Assembly (NCBI GenBank): GCA_016214075.1
Contig: JACRPI010000013.1
Coordinates: forward strand, 5,418-69,417
Direction: 5' to 3'
Length of the DNA: 64,000 bases
From: Candidatus Woesearchaeota archaeon
Lineage (GTDB): Archaea > Nanobdellota > Nanobdellia > Woesearchaeales > DSVV01
Position numbers and translations under genes: made by a program. Positions 9,397-18,273 of this stretch are shown here, one piece after another. Within the stretch, counting starts at the first letter, position 1, and each line of letters begins with the position of its first letter. Below the pieces are notes generated by a model. The model had not been told where the DNA came from and ran no database searches. It worked only from the letters and a program-made list of their open reading frames with translations.

Positions 9397-10047
9397 TTAT
9401 AATTTAACCCCAATCGTGCTTGGTCCTCTTCTCCACAGTTGCGGACCATCAATCACAGTAAAACCTACTGCTTTCAAATTATCACGAACAACTCGCGCGC
9501 AGCTGTACGTTGCGAGTCTGCCATTCTGCACGAGTCGTTTGTAGATTTCTGCAAAAAATGGCGCTGTCCAGAGTTGCGGACATTTTTTCGGAGAAAAAGG
9601 ATCTAAAAAAACAACATCAAACTCTTGATGTATTGTCTTGATAGTCTCTGTTGCGTCGCCCAAAATAATTTTGATCTTCACATTTCCTTTCTCATAAGTG
9701 TAGTGATTCTTCACTGCTTCCTGCATCATAAAAAAGTTTGTAAACGGCGCTTCAATTTCAGTAATTGCCTGTAAAATGTCAGGATCTATTTCCAAACCAA
9801 CTGCCTCAATCGCGCAATCTGGATTTTCCTCGAGCGCGGCGTCAATTGCTGCGACAGTGTTGTAGCTTAATCCAAAACAGACATCGAGAATTCGTACTTT
9901 TCCTTTTTTCGCGAGTTCTTTGATTTTACATGGCTCGACGAATTTCTTCACTGCTTCTTCTTTTGCGCCAGATCGTGAGTGATAGGATTCATCAAACTGC
10001 TCGTTGTGAAAAGTAATTGAGCCGTCTGGGGTGATAATCTTCTTCAT
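9397..10047 (-). CDS. SAM-dependent methyltransferase, MnmC C-terminal-domain-like (DUF752)
   Basis: FDVVFLDPFSPKKCPQLWT matches the DUF752/MnmC methyltransferase motif (D.F.P..NP.LW). Start trimmed to MKKIIT. Confidence 0.55.
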   Translation of the reverse strand: MKKIITPDGSITFHNEQFDESYHSRSGAKEEAVKKFVEPCKIKELAKKGKVRILDVCFGLSYNTVAAIDAALEENPDCAIEAVGLEIDPDILQAITEIEAPFTNFFMMQEAVKNHYTYEKGNVKIKIILGDATETIKTIHQEFDVVFLDPFSPKKCPQLWTAPFFAEIYKRLVQNGRLATYSCARVVRDNLKAVGFTVIDGPQLWRRGPSTIGVKL

Positions 10048-10103
10048 AATAGAAAAAAACAAGAAGTACTTTATAAGAATTTAGTACAAAAAAGAGAGAG
10101 CGC

Positions 10104-10535
10104 CTAGTCATCATCAGCAACATCATCTTCAGCGCTGCCTTTTTTCTTTTTCTTCTCTTTCATTTTCTTAGTTACGTCAATGTTTGCTTTGCATTTGCTG
10201 CATGGAAATCTAAACGTCAGTGCGCCTTCAATATTTTTTCGCTTGAACAAACCAGTATATTCTCCTTTTGCAGAACAAGCAGGACAAGTATAAATTGCGC
10301 ATGCGGTTAATCCTTCCTCATACGCGGTCTTCTCAACGGTATATTTGCATGCTGGGCAGACGTATTCTTTTGCGCGGATTTTAACGTGACCATCTTCAGC
10401 GGGTTTTCCCATTAATGCTTTTTTGCATTTTGGGCACGGTTGTTTTGAAACCCAGACAATAGCTTTGCCGACGCCAATTGTTCTATTCGTAAAATAAAGA
10501 AGATTGTCCATTGATTCAGGAAGTTCTAATGCCAT
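10104..10535 (-). CDS. Zinc-ribbon protein with four CxxC pairs and a Lys/Asp-rich tail
   Basis: CPKC, CPAC, CPAC and CSKC pairs are present. Confidence 0.45.
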   Translation of the reverse strand: MALELPESMDNLLYFTNRTIGVGKAIVWVSKQPCPKCKKALMGKPAEDGHVKIRAKEYVCPACKYTVEKTAYEEGLTACAIYTCPACSAKGEYTGLFKRKNIEGALTFRFPCSKCKANIDVTKKMKEKKKKKGSAEDDVADDD

Positions 10536-10673
10536 AAAATATCACCAAGAATTTTGAGTTTGAGGAGATTTATAAAATTTTGGTTCAGCACCCTGTTTCC
10601 CTACTCCTACAGAAAATAGATGCATAAAATATATAAATTATATAAAATTAATAGTTCTGCTTGAATTAAAGGT

Positions 10674-11414
10674 TTGAAAATGGTAAAAAGTTGTATAGGG
10701 GTAAAGAAAGCGGAATACATTGGTAATGGTTTGCCAGAATCAGTAAATGATTTAGTTGGGGTAATTACTCAGTTGAATCATAATCAAGTGGCTGTTCGGC
10801 AGCGGATGGTAAGAGATGTAACCAAAATGGATTTTTATTTCTCTTTAAATCCTGTAACAGTTCCAGTTAATTGTGTAAAATTTGGAAAAGTACAGCTTGG
10901 TTCTCGCGGTTGCACTTATGAAGGCTTATTTCCAATTCCTGCAGTAGAAAATCATTTTTATCGCGTTAGAATCTATTTTGATAATCAAGGAAGAAGAGAG
11001 TCATCTGCAGTTTTCACAGATTTTGAAGAGGACTTAGATGCGCTCGTTAAATACGATACGCGAATTACTGACGATCTTAAAAAAAGCCTTAACGGAACCT
11101 TTCATGCTCTTTCTGTAAAATATCATGGACAGCAGACCAAATATATGGGGCCAGTAGATAAACTTGGTCTGTACGCAAGCGGAATTCAAATTGGTCATTT
11201 GTATGTTGGAGAACAGCGTTCTGTAGGAAGTTATGTGGGAATTACATGGCAACCACGATGCCTGATGACCGACGCAAGCAAGCCTGCAGATGTCCAGGGT
11301 AATGATCGTTTCAGAGTTACAGCGGAAGCAGAGAAATTTAGGTTGCATCAAGCGGGATTTGGAGAATATCTCGTTCCTGAGAGAAAAGGACTTGCATATA
11401 GGGGGTTGGTTTGA
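10674..11414 (+). CDS. Hypothetical protein
   Basis: 246-aa ORF with no recognisable motif. Confidence 0.4.
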   Translation: MKMVKSCIGVKKAEYIGNGLPESVNDLVGVITQLNHNQVAVRQRMVRDVTKMDFYFSLNPVTVPVNCVKFGKVQLGSRGCTYEGLFPIPAVENHFYRVRIYFDNQGRRESSAVFTDFEEDLDALVKYDTRITDDLKKSLNGTFHALSVKYHGQQTKYMGPVDKLGLYASGIQIGHLYVGEQRSVGSYVGITWQPRCLMTDASKPADVQGNDRFRVTAEAEKFRLHQAGFGEYLVPERKGLAYRGLV

Positions 11415-11441
11415 ATCCTATTCAATAATTCTTTCTTAGAA

Positions 11442-11699
11442 TTACATCATCTCAAGCGCGCTAACGACATTCCAGATTTGTGTTCGTGTGTACGCCTGTA
11501 AATTAGTATCTTCAACAACTTCATCAAGTTCGCTTAATGCTTTATCTTTTCGTAAGAGAAAATCTTCTTTTTCTTGTTTGAGCACTTCAACTATTTTTGT
11601 TAATTTTTCTTTGACATTTCGAGGAACAGTATTGTCTACTGCAATCTCCTCTAAAGCTTCTACAATGCTCACTATTCGTTGATCTTCCATGGTCGTCAC
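11442..11699 (-). CDS. UPF0147-family archaeal protein
   Basis: VPRNVKEKL...RTQIWNVVSALE matches the UPF0147 pattern. Adjacent to prefoldin beta as in many archaea. Confidence 0.6.
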   Translation of the reverse strand: MTTMEDQRIVSIVEALEEIAVDNTVPRNVKEKLTKIVEVLKQEKEDFLLRKDKALSELDEVVEDTNLQAYTRTQIWNVVSALEMM

Positions 11700-11705
11700 T
11701 TCTAT

Positions 11706-12038
11706 TTATTTTGCTGCCTGCATTGCTTTCATGATTTCTTCGCGCAGTGCTTTTGCCTGATCTTTCAATAAGGTTTCTTGTTTTTCAAAACTTTTTACTC
11801 TGATTCCAATACGATCTTTTTTTTCTGTCAATTCTTTTTCAAGATCTGATTTTTCAGAAGCAACCATGATGTTGCCAATAATTCTGTACGCTTTATCTGT
11901 TTTTTTTAATTCTTCAAGTGCGGATTCGACTTCAAGAAGTTGCATCTGAAATTGTTGTCGCTGTTTGAGAAGATGTTGCATATTTTGTTCAATTGCCTGA
12001 AGCTGCTGGATTTTTTCTTGTGTTTGTGTGTTTGTCAT
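11706..12038 (-). CDS. pfdB: Prefoldin beta subunit
   Basis: 110-aa coiled-coil protein with a central IGNIMV beta-hairpin region. Conserved position next to the RpoP/L37ae cluster. Confidence 0.7.
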   Translation of the reverse strand: MTNTQTQEKIQQLQAIEQNMQHLLKQRQQFQMQLLEVESALEELKKTDKAYRIIGNIMVASEKSDLEKELTEKKDRIGIRVKSFEKQETLLKDQAKALREEIMKAMQAAK

Positions 12039-12271
12039 GGTGTTTCCTCTGCGGCTTTTTCAAAAACGCTGAGCAATTTAGTGATCGTGTTTAATGTTGC
12101 GCGCAACGCGGTTGCGTCTGTCGCGGTGATCGCGAATTGCATGTTTTCTTTTGTCGTGTGAATAGCCACAGTGCTTCGTGGTGTTTGCATGCTTGCGAGT
12201 TCTGCGTCAAAGCAGTGCCGTAATGCAGAAACACGAGGAGATGTGACGATGATTTCAGCAGTGAGTTTCAT
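12035..12271 (-). CDS. Pcc1-like (KEOPS subunit) small protein
   Basis: 78 aa. The size and position between rpoP and pfdB match the conserved archaeal arrangement. Sequence similarity is judged by eye only. Confidence 0.4.
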   Translation of the reverse strand: MKLTAEIIVTSPRVSALRHCFDAELASMQTPRSTVAIHTTKENMQFAITATDATALRATLNTITKLLSVFEKAAEETP

Positions 12272-12405
12272 CGTGCTTTTACTTTTGTCACAGTAGCGCG
12301 TGCTTTATAGAGCATTTTAGAGCCACAGTATGGGCACCGCACTTTTTTTCGTAAAAATTCTACGCCAACAACTTTGTTGCAATCAAAACATTTGTATTCA
12401 ACCAT
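12268..12405 (-). CDS. rpoP: DNA-directed RNA polymerase subunit P (RpoP/Rpb12), a 45-aa zinc ribbon not present in the ORF track
   Basis: Translation MVEYKCFDCNKVVGVEFLRKKVRCPYCGSKMLYKARATVTKVKAR has the CxxC...CxxC ribbon. It lies immediately downstream of rpl37ae, the conserved archaeal order. Confidence 0.75.
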   Translation of the reverse strand: MVEYKCFDCNKVVGVEFLRKKVRCPYCGSKMLYKARATVTKVKAR

Positions 12406-12446
12406 TTTGAACCTCAGCTCTTAAAATATTTGTAAAAATAAAAAAA

Positions 12447-12788
12447 TTAAGCAGATTGTTGTTCATCTGCTTGGACTTCTTCTTGTTCTTCCTCGAGGAA
12501 TTCTTCTCCTTCTTCAGGAGTTTCAAGAGTAAGTTCTTGTTTTGTTTCCGCTTCAACACTCGCTTTCTTTGGAAGAGTGTATGCCTTTCCTGTGAAAACA
12601 GCGGCGCATTTTGGGCATTGCCAAATTCCGACTGCCATTCGCTTGACTGCGTTTTTGTGGCAGAATGGGCATTGATAGTTTGTTTTCTGCATTGCTTCAA
12701 CAGTTTCTACTTTCTGTCGAAGTCGTCGTCCGTATCGTGGACCATATCGTTTTGAAGCTCCTTGTCTTTTTGTTTTCATGTATAACAC
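12447..12788 (-). CDS. rpl37ae: Ribosomal protein L37ae (eL43) with an unusual acidic C-terminal extension
   Basis: KRYGPRYGRRLRQK...YQCPFCHKNAVKRMAVGIWQCPKCAAVFTGKAY matches the eL43 zinc-ribbon core. The last ~35 aa are Glu-rich. Confidence 0.85.
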   Translation of the reverse strand: MLYMKTKRQGASKRYGPRYGRRLRQKVETVEAMQKTNYQCPFCHKNAVKRMAVGIWQCPKCAAVFTGKAYTLPKKASVEAETKQELTLETPEEGEEFLEEEQEEVQADEQQSA

Positions 12789-12906
12789 CTTAATTTTGAT
12801 TTTTCTTTGAAAAATGGTGGGGCTACCCAGATTCGACCGAACGCAGTGAGCGTCGCACCAAAAATCCGCGAGGATTTTTGTGTGTGTTCAAATCTGGTTA
12901 ATAAAA

Positions 12907-12980
12907 TGGGGCTACCCAGATTTGAACTGGGGTCTTCCGGCCCCAAACCGGAAAGGATAGCCAAACTACCCCATAGCCCC
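12907..12980 (-). tRNA. tRNA-Pro (anticodon UGG), no encoded CCA
   Basis: Manually folded. 7-bp acceptor stem GGGGCUA/UAGCCCC, T-arm CCCAG-UUCAAAU-CUGGG, anticodon arm UCCGG-UUUGGGG-CCGGA, discriminator A. Confidence 0.7.
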
Positions 12981-13071
12981 GTCTGAGCGTGAGTCTATTT
13001 TGTTTGACAAGTGAAGTTATTTTTAAATGTTTGCAAAAAATATAAAAAAGAACCTTATTTATGGGATTTAA

Positions 13072-13314
13072 ATGAAGAAAGAACAAAAAATGGTTATTTC
13101 TGAAACCATCTTAACAATGCTTGCGTCAGAAGATGTTCTAAAAAAAGATTGGGATAAGAAAGCTGATGAAAAGTGGAATAACAAAGGTAAGAATGATAAA
13201 ATGAAGGAAGAAATACAAGAAAGATATGCGAAGAAAGTATGCATTCTTGAAAAACAAGAAGGAAAGCAATTCAAAAACATCATGGAGCTTAGAAAAATAA
13301 TTAAAAATCACTAA
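13072..13314 (+). CDS. Small Lys-rich hypothetical protein
   Basis: 80-aa ORF between divergent genes with no motif. Could be spurious. Confidence 0.25.
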   Translation: MKKEQKMVISETILTMLASEDVLKKDWDKKADEKWNNKGKNDKMKEEIQERYAKKVCILEKQEGKQFKNIMELRKIIKNH

Positions 13315-14117
13315 CCCCCAAGCAATCGTCTAATTTCCAGACTAAGATACTTTCCCCTTTGTTCGAGTATCGCTTGTTTCCAGTAGTCGGGGATGAGGCT
13401 TGGTTTATAGAGCAGCATGACTGTATAACCAGCGTCGCTCTGATATTCACTAACGACTGCTTTTCCAATGGTCGCGCTTATTGATCCCATGCCGCGATCA
13501 AGCGGTTGGTGTGAAGAATCGGACGTATACTTTCCCCTCTCTTGTGTAAAATCAATTAAAGAACCAGTAGGATGTCTTAATTTTCGTCCTGCTCGTTCTA
13601 AGCGACCAAGAATTTGCTCGTACGATAAAGGAGCGGTTATTCTTCCTCTTCCAGGATCTGTTATTTCCATGAGCGCGCCCTCTGTTCCTCCGCGAAATCG
13701 CGCGATGACTGGACCACGCGCTCCATATTTCGCGCCATGTTCAAGCGCGTTGTATACCATTTCATGATGCGTGTGATCTTCTGAAAATCCAAGAAGTACC
13801 AAATTTTGTTCCTGTTCCCATGTAAAAAATTCCTGAAGAATTCCAATCCCTCCTAAGCAGGAAACTGCTCTCCCTGCTTTTGTTGTTTCCTCAGCGGCAA
13901 AACCGTATGTCAGTTGCGCAAGACGCCATTCTCTTAGTTTTTGCGTTATCGTACACTCTTCAGAAATAGTCCATGAAGCGTCCATGACTCCCTCAACAAC
14001 TCGTTTTTCAAGACCAGGACGAGGTTTAAATTTACCCCATTCAGGAACTTCATACGGCAATAAATCTCCAATCTCAGCCAACGCTTGTTCTCTGGTTAGT
14101 GTTAAATCAATGCTCAT
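13311..14117 (-). CDS. Hypothetical protein with a GHKL/HATPase_c-like ATP-binding motif
   Basis: HEMVYNALEHGAKYG...ALMEITDPGRG resembles the N-box and G1-box of histidine-kinase-like ATPases and anti-sigma-factor kinases. Confidence 0.35.
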   Translation of the reverse strand: MSIDLTLTREQALAEIGDLLPYEVPEWGKFKPRPGLEKRVVEGVMDASWTISEECTITQKLREWRLAQLTYGFAAEETTKAGRAVSCLGGIGILQEFFTWEQEQNLVLLGFSEDHTHHEMVYNALEHGAKYGARGPVIARFRGGTEGALMEITDPGRGRITAPLSYEQILGRLERAGRKLRHPTGSLIDFTQERGKYTSDSSHQPLDRGMGSISATIGKAVVSEYQSDAGYTVMLLYKPSLIPDYWKQAILEQRGKYLSLEIRRLLGG

Positions 14118-14461
14118 AACGAAGGGAAATCAGACAAAATTTATAAAGTTATCTCTTGTTAGTGGTTAATTAGGGTAAATCTTCCGCATTTTCTTTTTCC
14201 ATCCCCAAGCAGTAACAAAAACCTTCTAAAGTAGTATACAAATCTCTACACTAATCGCTAAAAGAGTAATATTTAAATAGAAGTATTCCTAGAAAACAGA
14301 GCAGTTATGATTATTATAGTGAATTGCTTTAATAATTGGATGTTATCCAATTGAAAAGCAATTCACTTATTATGGGAAAACTGATGGAAATTAAGTTTGG
14401 AAGTTCCGAAAATTAATGTTTTCCCATATAAGAGCATCATAATCAAAAAAAGAGGTGAACA

Positions 14462-15541
14462 GTGATGGAATTTCTTGTAAAAGACGCGTTAGGACAGCAG
14501 TCCGACATGACGAAAGGTTTTGCTGGAGCGGCAGTTGGTCATGCGATGATTAAAGTCATTGGTTGTGGAGGAGCAGGCAACAATATGGTAAGCTGGCTCT
14601 ACAAAAAAGGAATCAAAGGAGCAGAAATTTTTGCGTGCAACACAGACACGCAGCATTTGGAAATTACTCATGCTGATAAAAAATTCTTGATGGGAAAAGA
14701 AGTAACGCGCGGTCTTGGCTGCGGTGGCTTTCCGCAGAAAGGAGCGGAATCTGCGCAGGAATCTATTCAGGAAATTAAAGACGCGGTCAAAGGAGCGGAC
14801 ATGGTGTTTGTGTGCGCGGGAATGGGCGGAGGAACAGGAACAGGTTCAGCGCCAGTCATTGCGCGGGCGGCAAAAGATGTTGGCTCCATCGTCATCGGCA
14901 CAGTAACAATGCCATTCAAAATCGAGCGAGCGCGAGTGGATAAAGCGGAATTCGGATTGCAGCAGCTTCGCGAAGTTTCTGACACAGTTATTGTGATTGA
15001 CAACAATCGACTTGTTCAGATTGCGGGAAACTTGCCAGTACAACAAGCGTTTGCGGTCGCGAACGAATTAATCGCGACAATGATTAAAGGAATTGTTGAA
15101 ACAATTTCAGTTCCATCATTAGTCAATCTTGACTTTGCGGACGTCAAAGCAATTATGACCAATGGCGGCGTCGCGGCGATTGGCGTTGGTTCTTCTGATA
15201 CAAACAGTAGAGTGGAAGAAGCGGTCAAAGGCGCATTAAGCAATCCATTGCTTGAAATCAGCTACGAAGGAGCGACAGGCGCGTTAATTCACGTGCATGG
15301 TGGTCCAGACATGACGCTTGAAGAAGTCGAGCGCATTGGTGAGCTCGTCACAGAAAGCATGGATGAAGACGCGAACTGTATCTGGGGAGCACGAGTCACA
15401 GAAGAAATGAAAGGCAAGATTACAGTCATGACTATTATGACTGGCGTCAAGTCTCCATGGATTCTTGGAAAACAAGATGCGAGATCAAAAGTCAAAGAAC
15501 AGAAATTAAAAAGCGATGAACTCGGCATCCGATTCATTTAG
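14462..15541 (+). CDS. ftsZ: Cell division GTPase FtsZ
   Basis: GCGGAGNNMV and the tubulin signature GGGTGTGSAPVIA are present. Confidence 0.9.
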   Translation: MMEFLVKDALGQQSDMTKGFAGAAVGHAMIKVIGCGGAGNNMVSWLYKKGIKGAEIFACNTDTQHLEITHADKKFLMGKEVTRGLGCGGFPQKGAESAQESIQEIKDAVKGADMVFVCAGMGGGTGTGSAPVIARAAKDVGSIVIGTVTMPFKIERARVDKAEFGLQQLREVSDTVIVIDNNRLVQIAGNLPVQQAFAVANELIATMIKGIVETISVPSLVNLDFADVKAIMTNGGVAAIGVGSSDTNSRVEEAVKGALSNPLLEISYEGATGALIHVHGGPDMTLEEVERIGELVTESMDEDANCIWGARVTEEMKGKITVMTIMTGVKSPWILGKQDARSKVKEQKLKSDELGIRFI

Positions 15542-15643
15542 TTTTTTTAATTTTTTATTTTTTCATATTCACAAAGTTCACAAGTATCATTCATTTCATA
15601 TTTGAAAAATATAAATAATTTAAACTAAAATTTAAATAAAATA

Positions 15644-15695
15644 AAACACGCACCAAGAAAAGACCTATTACACAATTTAACCTTTTATTGAAAAG
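15644..15695 (+). promoter_or_regulatory. Conserved promoter-like element (copy A): AAACACGCACCAAGAAAAGACCTATTACACAATTTAACCTTTTATTGAAAAG
   Basis: Near-identical ~50-bp elements at 25774-25826 and 56153-56203. All are in + orientation, 60-95 bp upstream of + strand start codons, and end in a TATA-like TTTATT. Confidence 0.55.
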
Positions 15696-15762
15696 TAAAT
15701 TATTTAACAAATAAAAATCAGCGATGAAGCCAATAAAGTGATAAAATCAAAACGGTGATCTC

Positions 15763-16092
15763 ATGGCAGTAACCTATCCGTGCAAACGATGTAAGGCGCA
15801 AGTTGCGTTCAAGGATGTCCATTATTCGAATAATGGAAAAGACATGTTGTGTACGATGTGTTATGAAGTGACTATCAAAAAGCAGACAGTCAAAGAAAGG
15901 CCAGTCGAAGTGCAGAAAACTATTTCTGGGAAGAATATGAAAGAAAAATATCTCTGTGTCAAGTGCAGATATAATTTCACCTATCAACCATCAGAAGCAG
16001 CGCTGCGCTGTCCACTTTGCGGAAACGCAGAAGTGCTCAAGGATGATTATAACGCGGATAAACTGTTGAAAGAAGCGGTTGATGTACGGTAG
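15763..16092 (+). CDS. Zinc-ribbon protein (four CxxC pairs), hypothetical
   Basis: CKRCK, CTMCY, CVKCR and CPLCG pairs are present. Preceded by a conserved promoter-like element. Confidence 0.45.
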   Translation: MAVTYPCKRCKAQVAFKDVHYSNNGKDMLCTMCYEVTIKKQTVKERPVEVQKTISGKNMKEKYLCVKCRYNFTYQPSEAALRCPLCGNAEVLKDDYNADKLLKEAVDVR

Positions 16093-16096
16093 TTGA

Positions 16097-17152
16097 TTAT
16101 CCATATCTATCCGCAAACTGTTCGTTATTTACTTTCTTCCAGTGTTTATGAAATAATGGGTTGTGTTGTTTTTTTTGTTCTTCAACTAATCCTTGAAGAC
16201 GCTTCATTTCTTCTGTATCTTTTATTTCTACATGGTCCGGTTTCTTCACATGCTTCTGCAAGGCGTACAACCAACTTACTGCGTCATCATACCTCTTCAT
16301 TGATTCTAAATATGCTGCAAGTTCTTCTACCCTTGCCTTGAATTCTTCATAAAATGGATCAGGAGAAACATCAGAAAATCCATACTTCGCTCGCGTTTCT
16401 TTAATAAGCTCATCTAACACAGCAATAACTCTTTCTTCCATAAACCTGTGTTTATCGCCTTTATCTTTTGCTTCTAGTGCTTTTAACTCAGTATAAGAGG
16501 AACTAGGTAAACCAGTAAGCCTTTTCATCCTTGAAGCATAAGAAAGCAAAGTATCAAATGAAACAGTCTCAACAGATATTTGTTTTATTTCCAATAACTC
16601 TTCTTCTCTTTCAAGAATATACTCCATTATGTGCGCTCTTCCTCCTAACTCTCCTGCTCTTCTTTCTGTTGCTCTGATTTGATCCAAAAAAGAAAAATAT
16701 GCATCAAGGTTAAAAAAACTGTCTGGAAGAACTGCAACCTGAGTAATAAGTGCATCCTCAAGAGTATGAAGCGCTTCATTATTTGAGTCTATCTTAATAA
16801 TTGTTTTTTCGGTAATAAGTAAAGTATCCTGAACCTGTTCCATGGCTTCTCCAAAGGCAATCTCGCTTTGATAGAGCATTCGTTTATACGCTTCTAATGC
16901 AGCGGTCGTATTTCCTCTTTGGTACTCTTCCTGCGCAACTCGGCGATGTATTTCAGAAAGCGCAAGGAATGACCCTCCTTTTGGATCATCATAGACGTGA
17001 ACTGCTTCTCGAAGTTCATCAACAATAAGAAATCGATATCCAAGAATGCGAGGCATAAGGTCATACACCAAAGCGTCAGCACGCGCAATCGGTTGTCCCG
17101 TTCCTCTTGAGATAACTTCAGTTGGAAGCTTCACTGTATAAAGCGGTCCCAT
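16097..17152 (-). CDS. Hypothetical protein
   Basis: 351-aa ORF, no motif recognised. Confidence 0.4.
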   Translation of the reverse strand: MGPLYTVKLPTEVISRGTGQPIARADALVYDLMPRILGYRFLIVDELREAVHVYDDPKGGSFLALSEIHRRVAQEEYQRGNTTAALEAYKRMLYQSEIAFGEAMEQVQDTLLITEKTIIKIDSNNEALHTLEDALITQVAVLPDSFFNLDAYFSFLDQIRATERRAGELGGRAHIMEYILEREEELLEIKQISVETVSFDTLLSYASRMKRLTGLPSSSYTELKALEAKDKGDKHRFMEERVIAVLDELIKETRAKYGFSDVSPDPFYEEFKARVEELAAYLESMKRYDDAVSWLYALQKHVKKPDHVEIKDTEEMKRLQGLVEEQKKQHNPLFHKHWKKVNNEQFADRYG

Positions 17153-17232
17153 AACAGAGGAATAGCAAATATATTTAAAAAATGATCGTTCTGTTTGCTT
17201 AGTATTTTATACCTCTTCTGTTTTCCATCAAT

Positions 17233-18271
17233 AATGCGCCTCAAAACCACTCCTCAAGACTTCATTGTTGAAGAAATAAACACGTTAAACTTCGACAAAG
17301 AAGGAAAATACAGTTATTACAAACTAAAGAAAACCAATCTTGAAACACAATCAGCGATCCAGAAAATCAGTGATATCTGGAAGCTCAACGAAAAGTACAT
17401 TAACACAGCAGGCACAAAAGACAAAATCGGGATCACAACGCAGTTCATCTCAATTTCTCAAGGTCCTGAAAAAGATATCGAAACAGAAAATCTTGAACTC
17501 ACCTATCTCGGCAAAGGAAGAGAGCGACTGAATCTTGGTTCTTTGGAAGGAAATAAATTCATTATTACTGTTAGAGAAATAACAGAAGAAGAAAAAAAGA
17601 AGTTTGAAGAAAATACTGAAGGAGATAAATCAAAATTGCAATTCATGAACTATTACGACGACCAGCGTTTTGGAATAAAGAAAGACAATCATGTCATCGG
17701 AAAACTCTTCATAAAAAAGCAATTTAAGGAAGCAGCAAGACTATTTATTACGCGAGAGCATTATCCTTACACAAAAGCAAAAAAGTATCTGGAAACACAT
17801 CTAAATGATTATATCGGCACATTACGCATCCTCCCAAGGAAACTCTTGTTGATGTTCGTCCATGCCTATCAAAGTTGGTTGTGGAATGAAACAGCAAAGA
17901 TATTCCTAGAAAAGAAACTCAAGAACGTCAAAACAATCGAATACAGTGCAGGAACATTGTATTTTCCAACGCAAAAAGAAAATTCCTCCTTGAAAAACAT
18001 TGAGATCCCCATCATCGGATTCGACATAGAAGAAAACAATGAAGAAGTCGAAGAGATTCTCAGAGATTTGATGAAGAAAGAAAATATCACAGAAAGAGAT
18101 TTCCTCATCAAACAAATGCCTGAAATAACTGCAGCAGGTGGAAGAAGAAATCTTCTCACGGATTGCAAAGAGTTAATTATAACGGAAGTAGACAAAGAAA
18201 CAGTTGAACTTTCTTTTACATTAGGAAAAGGAAGTTACGCGACGATGATTGTGAAGCAATTATTCTCGTAA
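17233..18271 (+). CDS. truD: tRNA pseudouridine synthase TruD (Pus7 family)
   Basis: TPQDFIVEEI and AGTKDKIGITTQ are TruD family signatures. Start trimmed to MRLK. Confidence 0.7.
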
Positions 18272-18273
18272 AG

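Noticed and set aside
12398-12700. 100-aa ORF
   Set aside because: Alternative frame inside the rpl37ae gene.
12776-13086. Two 62-aa ORFs overlapping the tRNA-Pro region
   Set aside because: They overlap a well-folding tRNA and its flanks and have no coding signal.
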